Source: Patescibacteria group bacterium
GTDB lineage: Bacteria; Patescibacteriota; Microgenomatia; UBA8517
DNA: 64,000 nucleotides
Assembly (NCBI GenBank): GCA_018823885.1
Contig: JAHJHG010000009.1
Coordinates: 783 to 64,782 of the forward strand
Reading direction: 5' to 3'
A model generated the notes under the pieces. The model did not search any database and was not told the DNA's origin. It was given only the letters and a program-made list of their open reading frames with translations. This document shows positions 27,551-37,446 of this stretch, piece after piece; position 1 is the stretch's first letter; the number at the start of each line of letters is the position of its first letter. Position numbers and translations under genes: made by a program.

Positions 27551-28046
27551 AACAAAAACAGAAATCAAAATCAAAGAAACACCTCTTAAGGAAAAAGTGC
27601 CTTCTGTACAAAAATTGGCAGACAAATTACTTGAGCTTATGGGAACAAAAGCAAAGGCTGTAGCGACAGAAGACAAAAAGAACGAGGCTATAAGGGTGGA
27701 TATCGAAGCAGATGCGGAGACTGGACTATTGATTGGAAGACATGGGGAAACATTGGATGCACTACAAGTTATTCTAGGAATGATGATTTATCAGGAGAGT
27801 AAAGAGTGGGCGAGAATTATTGTGAATGTGGGGGACTGGAGAGAAAAACAAGAAGACCAACTAAAAAGCCTTGCGCTACAGGCAGCAGAAAGAGCTCGGG
27901 AGACAGGAGAGCCACAGACATTATTCAATTTAAATGCTGCACAAAGAAGAATTGTTCACCTTGTGCTAACCGAAGAGAAGGACATTGAAACAGAATCGAG
28001 TGGAGAAGGAAAAGAGCGCTATCTGGTAATTCAACATAAAAAATAG
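27531..28046 (+). CDS. jag: Jag/KhpB-like RNA-binding protein (KH plus R3H domains)
   Basis: GRHGETLDALQ KH-like motif and C-terminal R3H (AAQRRIVHLVL). AGGAG RBS upstream of ATG 27531. Confidence 0.75.
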   Translation: MAVKKTKTKTEIKIKETPLKEKVPSVQKLADKLLELMGTKAKAVATEDKKNEAIRVDIEADAETGLLIGRHGETLDALQVILGMMIYQESKEWARIIVNVGDWREKQEDQLKSLALQAAERARETGEPQTLFNLNAAQRRIVHLVLTEEKDIETESSGEGKERYLVIQHKK

Positions 28047-28053
28047 AGGATTA

Positions 28054-29370
28054 ATGATCGCTTTGATAAAATCCTTGCTAACAAGGTTAATTTCAGCTGA
28101 CCTGTTGAAAAGACTTATTAAATTCACTTTCCAACTTCTTATACTACTTCTTCCGACTCAATTAGCATTGCATTTTTGGCCAGACTGGGCCTATGTGTAT
28201 GGATTTAAAATAGATTATTTTTCGCCCACTATATATTTAACTGATATTTTGGCGATTCTGTTATTTGTCTTTTGGACTATTCAAGGTTTTCTTAGAAGAA
28301 CGAGCCAAAAGCGCCCATATGATAAATATATATATTTATCAGCAATAACTATCCTAGTCGTTTTTGTGGGAATTAATATCTATCTTGCGAAAAGCCCGTG
28401 GGTGGCTATTTACAAATGGGCTAAAGTAATTGAATTTCTATTAATCGGGCTATTTGTAGCGCGTGCCAAAGACTTTGATTTTGGTAGTTGGATAGCCAAG
28501 CCCTTATCTTTCTCGCTAATTGCTGTTTCTATCCTTGCCTTTGTCCAATTCAGTCTTCAAGAAACAGTTGGAGGATTATTCTTCCTCTTTGGAGAAAGAA
28601 GCTTTACTGCCACAACACCGGGAATAGCTACCTTTACTATGTTTGGAAGGGAGTTATTAAGGCCTTATTCTGTATTTCCTCATCCTAATGTTATGGCAGG
28701 GTTTTTGGGAGTAGGATTTTTCCTTTTGTTGCGCAACTTGAGCAGAAAATCGAAAACACCTATTTATTACATATTATCGTTGGTGGTTACTTCTTTAGCA
28801 CTCGTATTAAGTGTTTCCCGCGGGGCTTGGATTGCGTTTGTTTTGGTTGGCTTGTCTCTTATTGCTGCGAAATTCAATGTAGATATATTTAAAAGACTAT
28901 ATCTTTTAATCGTTGTTTCAATAATCGCCATGAGCCTTCTTCTTCCTATCGTATCGGACAGGTTGCTATTTTCACTAGGTCATATTGAGACAGTGAATCA
29001 CAGATTGCATCTTGCGAAAGAGGCGGGGACCTTAATTGCTGAGAATCCAATTGTGGGAGTAGGTATAGGAAATTATATTTTAGGACTTGTTGAAAGCTCA
29101 GACTTTCCGAAGGTTACTTGGTGGTTACAGCCGGCTCACAATATATTTTTACTCACATTTTCAGAAACCGGATTCGTTGGCTTTTATACTTTTGTTTTAT
29201 TGTTGTTGACCGTTATAACCAAAGCAATCTTAAGAAAAGAGAACATATTGTTGGCGGCGCTTCTGTTCGTAGTCCTAACTGGCTTCCTTGATCATTACTG
29301 GGTTACCTTACAACAAACACAAATCCTTTTTGCGGTTTTGGTGGGTCTAATGTTCAGAAAAAAGGGATAA
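28054..29370 (+). CDS. O-antigen ligase (Wzy_C) family polytopic membrane protein
   Basis: At least 10 TM helices. Periplasmic loop with the H/R pattern of Wzy_C (PAHNIFLLTFSETGFVGF). Confidence 0.55.
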   Translation: MIALIKSLLTRLISADLLKRLIKFTFQLLILLLPTQLALHFWPDWAYVYGFKIDYFSPTIYLTDILAILLFVFWTIQGFLRRTSQKRPYDKYIYLSAITILVVFVGINIYLAKSPWVAIYKWAKVIEFLLIGLFVARAKDFDFGSWIAKPLSFSLIAVSILAFVQFSLQETVGGLFFLFGERSFTATTPGIATFTMFGRELLRPYSVFPHPNVMAGFLGVGFFLLLRNLSRKSKTPIYYILSLVVTSLALVLSVSRGAWIAFVLVGLSLIAAKFNVDIFKRLYLLIVVSIIAMSLLLPIVSDRLLFSLGHIETVNHRLHLAKEAGTLIAENPIVGVGIGNYILGLVESSDFPKVTWWLQPAHNIFLLTFSETGFVGFYTFVLLLLTVITKAILRKENILLAALLFVVLTGFLDHYWVTLQQTQILFAVLVGLMFRKKG

Positions 29371-29403
29371 ACACTTTATCTACTTCGTGTTAAACTGACA
29401 AAC

Positions 29404-29823
29404 ATGGAAGACAAAATAATTATATATTGCGATGGAGGAGCAAGAGGTAATCCAGGCCCTGCTGCTTCAGCCTTTGTCGCTATTCAAGACGGCAAGATTA
29501 CCCATAGGGGTTCAAAATACATAGGGATAGCCACAAATAACGTGGCCGAATATGGATCAGTGCTACTGGCTTTGTCCTGGCTATTTAAAAACTACAAAGA
29601 CGACACAGATTTAGAGATAATTATTAATCTTGATTCAGAATTGGTTACAAAACAGATGTCGGGACTTTACAAAGTTAAGAACCCAAAATTAAAGGAGATG
29701 TTTGTAAAAGGAAAAGGGATCGAGTCAAAGTTGTCTTCCAAAGTTATATATAAATGGACACCAAGAGACAAAAATAGACTGGCCGATTTTTTAGTAAACA
29801 AAGAGCTGGATAAACGCATATAG
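29404..29823 (+). CDS. rnhA: Ribonuclease H (RNase HI-like)
   Basis: IYCDGGARGNPGPAASAFV... catalytic DEDD-type core. Confidence 0.7.
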   Translation: MEDKIIIYCDGGARGNPGPAASAFVAIQDGKITHRGSKYIGIATNNVAEYGSVLLALSWLFKNYKDDTDLEIIINLDSELVTKQMSGLYKVKNPKLKEMFVKGKGIESKLSSKVIYKWTPRDKNRLADFLVNKELDKRI

Positions 29824-29964
29824 AATTACATATTAGAAGCACTTCTTAATACACGTGGCAAACAGCTGGCACTTGAAAACAAATCTTTTTCCCGTGACGA
29901 ATACACTTTTATTGATTGAACTAGATTGAAAAGTTGCGTTAATTGACTTAGCATATTAAATACT

Positions 29965-32712
29965 ATGACTGATTCCTCAATGCTTCCATTTGACCAAAGA
30001 CCTGTTGTGATTATCTATGCTGACCCATCGGCCTTAGCAGTAGCGTTTGTTGAATCTCTCGTTGCAGGACTATCGAGGGTTCGCATTATAAGCAATGAAG
30101 GTGCAAAGTGGCGTAAACAAATTAATCACTTGGCTCAAAATACGTCAGTTGAAGTGGTTAGCGGGTTGCAAAAAAGTAATTTGGGGAATTCGAACTATCT
30201 AGTTTTTATACACTGTGACGAAAATACAATTTCGGATCAGAAGACTTTAAAGGAAAAAAAGAAGTATTTAGAGCAAGTTGCAGCATTGGCAATGGAACTA
30301 CAAGCGAAGGTCTTAGTGGTATTGCCTTATTATCAAGACTCGTATGAAAATATATTGTTTGATCAATCAGCGGCAATTCTGACAAATAAGGATTTAATTG
30401 TAGGGTTAGTTTGTCTTGGGGAATTGTTTGGACCACGAATGTCGTTTTCGAGCAACGGAATTGTGACGACAACAATCAAAGATGCAATAGGTAAGTCAGC
30501 ACTTAAAGAATATAGATACATAGAGCTGTATCCTACATATATTCCTGATGCTGCGCGAGGCCTTGTAAAAAGTCTTTTTTCCTTCGGTTCTATGGGGACA
30601 ACGTCTCTAATGTATTCAAAAAAAATATCCGCAAGTAAGTTTACATCACTGCTGAAAGATATAGTTTCTCGCGAAGTTCACGCAGAAGTGTATGCCCCAG
30701 AGAGTAAAATTTCACCCAAATTAAATACAACCATTAACTTAAAGACAGATTTAAAACAAGCTTTAACAGAGACATTAGACTGGTTTAAACAATATGGTCA
30801 AGTGCCCTTACCTGTGATTAAGAAAAAACAGGTTGTGAAACCAATAAAGCCTGCAAAACCTAAACGCTCTTTTCAAATAGACTTACCAAAACTGGAAAAA
30901 AAGAGACTAGGTAAAACAAGCAAGGCGTGGGCTTGGGGGACAATTCTTGTAATTATGCTTTTGATTTTCAGTCCGGCCTTTTTAGTATTAAGCTCATCGT
31001 CTTTGTGGGTGGCCATGAATCAAGCTCTTTCAGGAAGGGAGGCCCTGGCTCAAACGGCCCTGACTTTTTCATCAGTTACTTCAGGAATAGCACGCAGGCA
31101 AGCCGGGGTTTATGCAAAAATTCCTGTTGTGGGTAAATTATATGAACCAGTTGTGTTTCTTTCCTCCTTCGTACAGCGATTATCCCTTTTGGGGGAAAAA
31201 GGATTAGTTGTTTTTCATTCATCTAGTCAAATTGTTCAAAAATCATTAGCAGGAGAGTCCTACGATATACAAGCCTATTCTGAAAACATAGCTCTCGAAC
31301 TCGACTTGCTATATAGAGAAATGGGCTTTCTACAATCAGAGGTTGAGGATGGAAATAAGACAGGGAAAAAGTATGCGGAGAAGATTCTTGACAAACTAGA
31401 CTTTGGTGCATTAAGAGGAAAGATTTTATCAGCCAAGCAAATTGCGGAATCTTTACCAGTGATATTGGGGAGTGACGCTTCAGTAAAATATTTAATTTTG
31501 TTTCAGAACAATATGGAATTAAGACCAACCGGAGGTTTTATAGGCTCATTTGCCCTAATTAGTTTTAAAGAAGGCAAGATAATCGACCTAAATGTGTCAG
31601 ACGTTTACACAGCTGATGGTCAATTGAAAGGACACATAGAACCTCCCACACCTATTAAAAATTACCTTGGCGAGGCCAACTGGTTTTTAAGAGATTCTAA
31701 TTGGGATCCTGATTTCCCTTCTTCGGCCACTACAGTCGAGTGGTTTTTAGAAAAGGAAATAGGAGAAAGTGTCGATGGGGTCATCGCTGTAGATTTAGAA
31801 TTTGCCAGGGAGCTTATAAACGAAATGGGCCCTGTATATTTAGCAGACTTTGGTAAGGAAATAGATAGCGACAATTTATATGAAATTACTCAATACGAAG
31901 TAGAAAAGGATTTTTTCCCTGGCTCTCAAAAAAAGGCGACATTTTTGACGGCCTTAGCGAGAGAATTAATGGATGATTTGATAAACATGCCTTCAAATAA
32001 ATATATTGACATCGGCAAGGCAATATCGAAATCTTTAGACGAAAAACATATACAGCTATTTTTACATAACAAAAACACTCAAAGGGCCATTGCTGACATG
32101 GGTTGGGATGGGGGAGTATATCAACCAACCTGCTCAGGTAATTGCTATGCTGATTGGTTAGGGATAATTGACGCCAACGTGGGTGTTAATAAGGCAAACT
32201 ATTTTATAGAAAGAAGTTCTACTCTTAATGTTACAATGAGTGAAGGGGAAATAATCAAGGATTTGACAATTCTTATAGAGAATAGTGCAAGTCCGGCTCT
32301 TGGAAATGATGCGATATATAAGAATTACCTGAGAGTATTAGCTCCTCAAAAAGCATATTTCTCGGATATAGAAATATTGGATATGGCAGAAAAAGAATTA
32401 GTCGCACCTGAAGTTAGGGAAGTAAGGGGCAGGAAAGAAGCTGGCGTTTATGTTGAAGTTGGGCCAGGGCATTCAAAAAGCATTACCTTTTCTTGGAAAG
32501 AAAAAATTGATTTATCTTTTAATACTCCTGGGGAATATCGTTTGTACTGGCGCAAACAAGCAGGAACGATATCAGACAAAATAAGCACGAATTTCATACT
32601 ACCGAGCACAATCACTCCGTACGGGCAAGAATCTCTTTCCTTGACCGATGAAGGGATTCTTGTTTATAATACGAATCTAGCGAGAGATCACTCCTCTCGT
32701 ATTTTTTGGTAA
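29965..32712 (+). CDS. Large membrane-anchored extracytoplasmic protein (DUF4012-like). Cytoplasmic N-domain, one TM, large external domain.
   Basis: 915 aa. TM WAWGTILVIMLLIFSPAFLVL. Conserved block LRPTGGFIGSFALISFKEGKIIDLNVSDVYTADGQL. Confidence 0.4.
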   Translation: MTDSSMLPFDQRPVVIIYADPSALAVAFVESLVAGLSRVRIISNEGAKWRKQINHLAQNTSVEVVSGLQKSNLGNSNYLVFIHCDENTISDQKTLKEKKKYLEQVAALAMELQAKVLVVLPYYQDSYENILFDQSAAILTNKDLIVGLVCLGELFGPRMSFSSNGIVTTTIKDAIGKSALKEYRYIELYPTYIPDAARGLVKSLFSFGSMGTTSLMYSKKISASKFTSLLKDIVSREVHAEVYAPESKISPKLNTTINLKTDLKQALTETLDWFKQYGQVPLPVIKKKQVVKPIKPAKPKRSFQIDLPKLEKKRLGKTSKAWAWGTILVIMLLIFSPAFLVLSSSSLWVAMNQALSGREALAQTALTFSSVTSGIARRQAGVYAKIPVVGKLYEPVVFLSSFVQRLSLLGEKGLVVFHSSSQIVQKSLAGESYDIQAYSENIALELDLLYREMGFLQSEVEDGNKTGKKYAEKILDKLDFGALRGKILSAKQIAESLPVILGSDASVKYLILFQNNMELRPTGGFIGSFALISFKEGKIIDLNVSDVYTADGQLKGHIEPPTPIKNYLGEANWFLRDSNWDPDFPSSATTVEWFLEKEIGESVDGVIAVDLEFARELINEMGPVYLADFGKEIDSDNLYEITQYEVEKDFFPGSQKKATFLTALARELMDDLINMPSNKYIDIGKAISKSLDEKHIQLFLHNKNTQRAIADMGWDGGVYQPTCSGNCYADWLGIIDANVGVNKANYFIERSSTLNVTMSEGEIIKDLTILIENSASPALGNDAIYKNYLRVLAPQKAYFSDIEILDMAEKELVAPEVREVRGRKEAGVYVEVGPGHSKSITFSWKEKIDLSFNTPGEYRLYWRKQAGTISDKISTNFILPSTITPYGQESLSLTDEGILVYNTNLARDHSSRIFW

Positions 32713-33431
32713 GAATGGATAAACATACACTAAAAGCAACCAAGAGAAAGATTTTAGGTCAAAAAGTAAAGACTCTTCGAAAAGAAGGTATTTTGCCAGC
32801 TAACATTTATGGTAAGAAAGTTAAGTCTTTAGCAATTCAAATACCCTTAAGTGAATTTGAGAAGGTATATAAGGAAGCTGGAGAAACGGGTATCGTTGAA
32901 ATCGCTGTCGATAGCACAAAAAGACCAGTTCTAATTAACAACATACAGCGACATCCTGTTTCTGATTTTCCCCTACACGTAGATTTTCTTCAAATTGACC
33001 TCAAAGAAAAGGTTACAGCCGATGTTCCTATTGACCTTATTGGAGAATCTCCTGCGGAAAAGAGCGGCTTGGGGACAGTTGTTCAATATATAAATGAAAT
33101 TGAAGTAGAGGCTTTACCAGCTAACTTACCAGAAAAGTTTGAAATAGACCTATCTAAACTTACGGAAGTGGATAAAGCGGTATTAGTGAAAGACCTTACT
33201 GTAGATACAAAAAAGGTAGAAATAAAATCAGACCTAGAACAAGTTCTTGTTAAGGTAGAACCTCCTCGAAAAGAAGAGGAAATTATAGCTCCAGTTGAGA
33301 CAGAAGTAGAGGGAGAGGAAGTAGAAGAAGGCGAAGAGCCATTAGAGGGGGATAAGGCCCCTGTAGAGGGAGAGGAAGTAGAAAAGAAAGAAGAGAAAAC
33401 AGAAGACAAGACAGAAAAGAAAGTAAAATAA
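32706..33431 (+). CDS. rplY: 50S ribosomal protein L25 / general stress protein Ctc, with acidic C-terminal extension
   Basis: KRKILGQKVKTLRKEGILPANIYGK...IQRHPVSDFPLHVDFLQIDL. Confidence 0.8.
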   Translation: MVRMDKHTLKATKRKILGQKVKTLRKEGILPANIYGKKVKSLAIQIPLSEFEKVYKEAGETGIVEIAVDSTKRPVLINNIQRHPVSDFPLHVDFLQIDLKEKVTADVPIDLIGESPAEKSGLGTVVQYINEIEVEALPANLPEKFEIDLSKLTEVDKAVLVKDLTVDTKKVEIKSDLEQVLVKVEPPRKEEEIIAPVETEVEGEEVEEGEEPLEGDKAPVEGEEVEKKEEKTEDKTEKKVK

Positions 33432-33434
33432 CAG

Positions 33435-33797
33435 TTACAGTAATTTTTTTAGTCTTGTTAATTCCTCTAAGTTAGGATTAATTTCTTCAATCTTAATCAA
33501 AGCCTCTCTTGCTCCAGCAATGTCCCCGTCACTCATTTTAAGTTTTGCAAGTTCAAACCATCCCTCAATGTAATTTTCGTTTTCATTCAGAAAGCTTTCC
33601 CAAAACACAGTCTCATCGTGGGAGCTTGGTGTTACATCGGCCGAACTCAGTACTTTTTGTTTTTCTAGGTAATGATCAAGATTGAAGGTGGTAAGTAGAA
33701 GTAAGATGATAGTGCCCAAGACGACAAGCAAATAGGTGGCTTCATTTATAATGGCTAGATTTTTCTTCTTATCCGCTTTGGCAGGTTGTTTGGGCAT
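33435..33797 (-). CDS. Small N-terminally anchored membrane protein (hypothetical, TPR-like C-terminus)
   Basis: 120 aa, one TM after a K-rich N-terminus. Confidence 0.35.
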   Translation of the reverse strand: MPKQPAKADKKKNLAIINEATYLLVVLGTIILLLLTTFNLDHYLEKQKVLSSADVTPSSHDETVFWESFLNENENYIEGWFELAKLKMSDGDIAGAREALIKIEEINPNLEELTRLKKLL

Positions 33798-34109
33798 GAA
33801 GATTTGTTATATAGTGAAATAAGTATGGACGAAGACAATCAAGTTAATCAAGGGTCTCTTGATAAACAAAAACTAGAACAGCTTGAAAATGAGCTAGGGA
33901 ATATTGAAAATAAGGCAACACAAGAAATACAATCGCAGCCTAACCAACCTGTTCAACAACCAAACGCTCCGCAACCAATAACGCCAGCATTATCAGCAGA
34001 TACCAAACCTCAAGGACTTGGCAAGTCAAAAGGGATTTTATGGATAGGAATAGCTCTTTTAATGCTGGCTATAGTTGGGATTGGGGCTTATTATCTTGGC
34101 TCTCACTAG
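33786..34109 (+). CDS. Small tail-anchored membrane protein, Gln/Pro-rich (hypothetical)
   Basis: 107 aa, C-terminal TM GILWIGIALLMLAIVGIGAYYL. Confidence 0.35.
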   Translation: MFGHEDLLYSEISMDEDNQVNQGSLDKQKLEQLENELGNIENKATQEIQSQPNQPVQQPNAPQPITPALSADTKPQGLGKSKGILWIGIALLMLAIVGIGAYYLGSH

Positions 34110-34145
34110 ATTATATTCACTCCAGAGATGATAGTCTCTTTTTTG

Positions 34146-36278
34146 TTAACCTTTTGGCCAAGACGCAGTAATTAGAATAGGGGAGTCAAAACGCTCTTTG
34201 CCTGTTTGCCAAATGGCTTCAGTAACAAATGGCATGAAAGGGTGGAGAAGTTTCAAGGATTCTTGTAATACCAGCTCTAACGTTTTTTGTGCTTCTTCGC
34301 GTCTGTTTTTGGTCTTTTCTAAATAGTCATTTGCGAACCTTTTCCAAATAAAATCGTATATTTCTTCAGCCGCCTCACTTAATCGATATTTTTCCATTAG
34401 GCGAGTTACTCGTTTTGAGGTTTTTCGTAAATCTTTAATAACTTCATTGTCGTCTTCGTTTCTTTTTGTTCTTTTACCAGAAGGATTGGCTAATACAAAT
34501 CTTGCAATATTCCAGATTTTATTAGCAAAGTTTCTTTGTCCTCGAACATTATCTTCCGAGAGGGACATGTCGTTTTCGATTAGAGCTCCCCAAACAACAG
34601 CCATACGTAAAGCATCGGCCCCGTATTTTTTAGTCATTTCAATAGGGTCAATGACATTTCCTTTTGATTTACTTATTTTTTGCCCTTCCTTATCCCTAAC
34701 CAGGCCGTGAATTAATACATCTTTGAATGGAACATCTCCTGCTACATAAATTCCCAGCATAATCATGCGTATGACCCAAAAGGGGAGTATGTCGTAGGCT
34801 GTTTCCATAACACTGGTTGGATAAAAACGTTCAAAATCTCCGGCCTTTCCCGTTTGAAGTGTGGCAAAAGGCCATTGTCCTGAAGAGAACCAGGTATCAA
34901 AAGTGTCTGTGTCTTGAATAAGTTTTGTATGGGAGCAAGAGATGCATTTATCTGGTGTCTTTCCATCCGTTATTGTCCATTCAAGACATTTTTGGCATCG
35001 ATAAGCTGGAATTCTGATTCCCCAAACAATCTGACGACTTACGTTCCAATCATACAGGTTTTTAAGCCAATGTTTGGCTATTTTTTCATATCGCTTTGCC
35101 GCAAATTTAACTTGTCCCTTTTTTATCGCTGCAAACGCTTTTTTAGATAATGATTCAACTTTAATGAACCATTGTTTGGAAAGCATTGGTTCAATTAAGC
35201 TTTGATCTCTGTAGCAGACACCAATTGTATGATGAATTTTTTCTATCTTCTTCATCTTTCCGGCTTCTTTTAAATCATTGACAACAACCTCTCTCGCTTT
35301 CTTGGTCCTCATACCGATGTACTTTTTCGGGGTATTAATCATTTTTCCACTTTCATCAATAACAGCAATCCTTGGAAGATTGTGCTTTTGGCCTATTTCG
35401 AAATCTGTCGCGTCATGGCCCGGAGTGACTTTTAAGGCACCAGTTCCGAATTCGGGATCGACAAGTGTGTCAGCAATTATTGGAAGTTCACGGTTTACTA
35501 AAGGAAGGATGGCGGATTTTCCAATTAGTTTTTGATAACGGGTGTCTTTAGGATTAACAGCGATAGCAACATCAGCAAATATTGTTTCGGGTCTCGTAGT
35601 AGCGATAGTTATACTACCGTAATTAAGATAATAAAACTCGTCATCTTGCTCAACGTGTTTCACCTCAAGCTGGGAGAAAGCCGTTCCACAGCGAGGGCAA
35701 TAATTGATAATTCGTTCCCCTCTGTAAACTAATCCATCATCATAGAGTTTTTTAAAGGTGTTGTGAACAATTTTTGTAATGTTAGGATCAAGAGTGAACT
35801 TGTTGCGACTCCAATCACATGATGCTCCCAATGCCCGAAGCTGGTTTTCCATATTTCCCTTATATTTCATTACATGAGCCCAAATCATCTTATAAAGGGT
35901 GTCTTGGTCATAGTCAAAGCGACTTTTACCCTCCTTGGCGAGTTTTTTTTCGAAAACATATTGCGTTTCAATACCGGCATGATCTGCGCCTGGGAGCCAA
36001 AGGGTGGGTTCGCCCTTCATTCTGTGATAACGAACCAGAATGTCTTCGATGGCTACAAATCTGGCATGTCCGATATGAAGATCATCATTGGCGTTTGGAG
36101 GTGGCATAATGACAGTGAAGGGTTTCTTTTCTTGTTTTCCAGACGAGCTCTTCCTTTCTTGAGGCATAAAAGCCTTAGATTTTTCCCAAAGCTTGTATAT
36201 CTTTTCTTCGAATTGTTCGTGATTATAGCTTTTATCCATTTGTATATTCGGGCCAGACTGCTTTGAATTATACAACAA
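34146..36278 (-). CDS. valS: Valyl-tRNA synthetase (compact form)
   Basis: PPPNANDDLHIGHA...RYHRMKGEPTLWLPGADHAGIETQ and KISKSKGNVIDP (KMSKS). Confidence 0.8.
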   Translation of the reverse strand: MLYNSKQSGPNIQMDKSYNHEQFEEKIYKLWEKSKAFMPQERKSSSGKQEKKPFTVIMPPPNANDDLHIGHARFVAIEDILVRYHRMKGEPTLWLPGADHAGIETQYVFEKKLAKEGKSRFDYDQDTLYKMIWAHVMKYKGNMENQLRALGASCDWSRNKFTLDPNITKIVHNTFKKLYDDGLVYRGERIINYCPRCGTAFSQLEVKHVEQDDEFYYLNYGSITIATTRPETIFADVAIAVNPKDTRYQKLIGKSAILPLVNRELPIIADTLVDPEFGTGALKVTPGHDATDFEIGQKHNLPRIAVIDESGKMINTPKKYIGMRTKKAREVVVNDLKEAGKMKKIEKIHHTIGVCYRDQSLIEPMLSKQWFIKVESLSKKAFAAIKKGQVKFAAKRYEKIAKHWLKNLYDWNVSRQIVWGIRIPAYRCQKCLEWTITDGKTPDKCISCSHTKLIQDTDTFDTWFSSGQWPFATLQTGKAGDFERFYPTSVMETAYDILPFWVIRMIMLGIYVAGDVPFKDVLIHGLVRDKEGQKISKSKGNVIDPIEMTKKYGADALRMAVVWGALIENDMSLSEDNVRGQRNFANKIWNIARFVLANPSGKRTKRNEDDNEVIKDLRKTSKRVTRLMEKYRLSEAAEEIYDFIWKRFANDYLEKTKNRREEAQKTLELVLQESLKLLHPFMPFVTEAIWQTGKERFDSPILITASWPKG

Positions 36279-36298
36279 AGCTTATTATAGGAAGAGAC

Positions 36299-37324
36299 CT
36301 AAACTTGACCAGTAATCGTTAATTGTGGATTAGCATTAATTTTTTGCCAAGGGACGGGGGAGTGATTGAAATAGGCAAATGAAGCAATATAGGCAGCATT
36401 ATCAGTACATAGTTTTATTGGCGGTACAAAGAGGTTGATTTTGCCCACATGTTCACTAATGGCAGATTCGAATTTTTCTTTTAACCGTATATTGGCGGCA
36501 ACACCACCGGCAAGAAGTAGAGATTTGGGTTTATATTCCTGAACAGCCCGAAGTGTTTTCTTTATTAACACATCAACAATGGCTTCTTGAACTTCTGCAG
36601 CAATCTTTTGTTTTTCTTCATTGTTTAGCTCTCTATCCTTGACTTCATTTAAAACAGCGGTTTTTAAACCGGAGAAACTCCAATCATAATTTTTTTCGTT
36701 AATGATTGGTCTGGGGAAAAAAGACAGTTTTGTTTTAGGGTTTTTTGTCATGTACTTTTCCGCTTCTATAGAAATTGCCGGCCCACCGGGATAGGGGAGT
36801 CCCAAAAGTCTTGCCGTTTTGTCAAAAGCTTCCCCTGCGGCGTCATCTCTTGTTCCGCCAATCCATTCCAGTTTTCCGTGATCTTTCATTAAAACAATGT
36901 CTGTGTGGCCACCGGAAACGACTAATGCCAGAGCTGGAAACTCAGGGCTTTTTTTATCAGACAGCCAGTTGGCGTAAATATGAGCAGACAAGTGATTAAC
37001 GGGAATGATGGGTTTATTCCAGAGAAGGGAAAGAGTCTTTGCAGTTTCAATCCCTACAAGAAGTGAGCCAATTAATCCCGGACCAGAAGTGACGGCAATA
37101 GCTTCTATCTTCTCGTTATTAATTTTTGCTTTTTCCAAAGCAGAGGTTATTACTGGAATAATACTTTTTATTTGCTGTCGGGCTGCGTTTTCGGGAATAA
37201 TGCCGCCGGATTCAGCATGCATATCAGCGGAACTGGCAACAATGTTTGAAAGAATTTTTGTTCCGTTTTCAACCACAGCCGCCGCTGTTTCATCGCAACT
37301 ACTTTCAATTCCTAATATATTCAT
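36299..37324 (-). CDS. tsaD: tRNA N6-adenosine threonylcarbamoyltransferase TsaD/Kae1
   Basis: MNILGIESSCDETAAAV... Kae1/TsaD signature. Confidence 0.85.
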   Translation of the reverse strand: MNILGIESSCDETAAAVVENGTKILSNIVASSADMHAESGGIIPENAARQQIKSIIPVITSALEKAKINNEKIEAIAVTSGPGLIGSLLVGIETAKTLSLLWNKPIIPVNHLSAHIYANWLSDKKSPEFPALALVVSGGHTDIVLMKDHGKLEWIGGTRDDAAGEAFDKTARLLGLPYPGGPAISIEAEKYMTKNPKTKLSFFPRPIINEKNYDWSFSGLKTAVLNEVKDRELNNEEKQKIAAEVQEAIVDVLIKKTLRAVQEYKPKSLLLAGGVAANIRLKEKFESAISEHVGKINLFVPPIKLCTDNAAYIASFAYFNHSPVPWQKINANPQLTITGQV

Positions 37325-37446
37325 ACGATTAACTATAAGAACACGTGAGAAAAATAGCCTCCGAACAAAATGTGAATTGGGAAATATCAGTGTTCATTGC
37401 GTCTAATTATATAACGTGGCGAGAAAAAAATGATTGATTTGTCGGA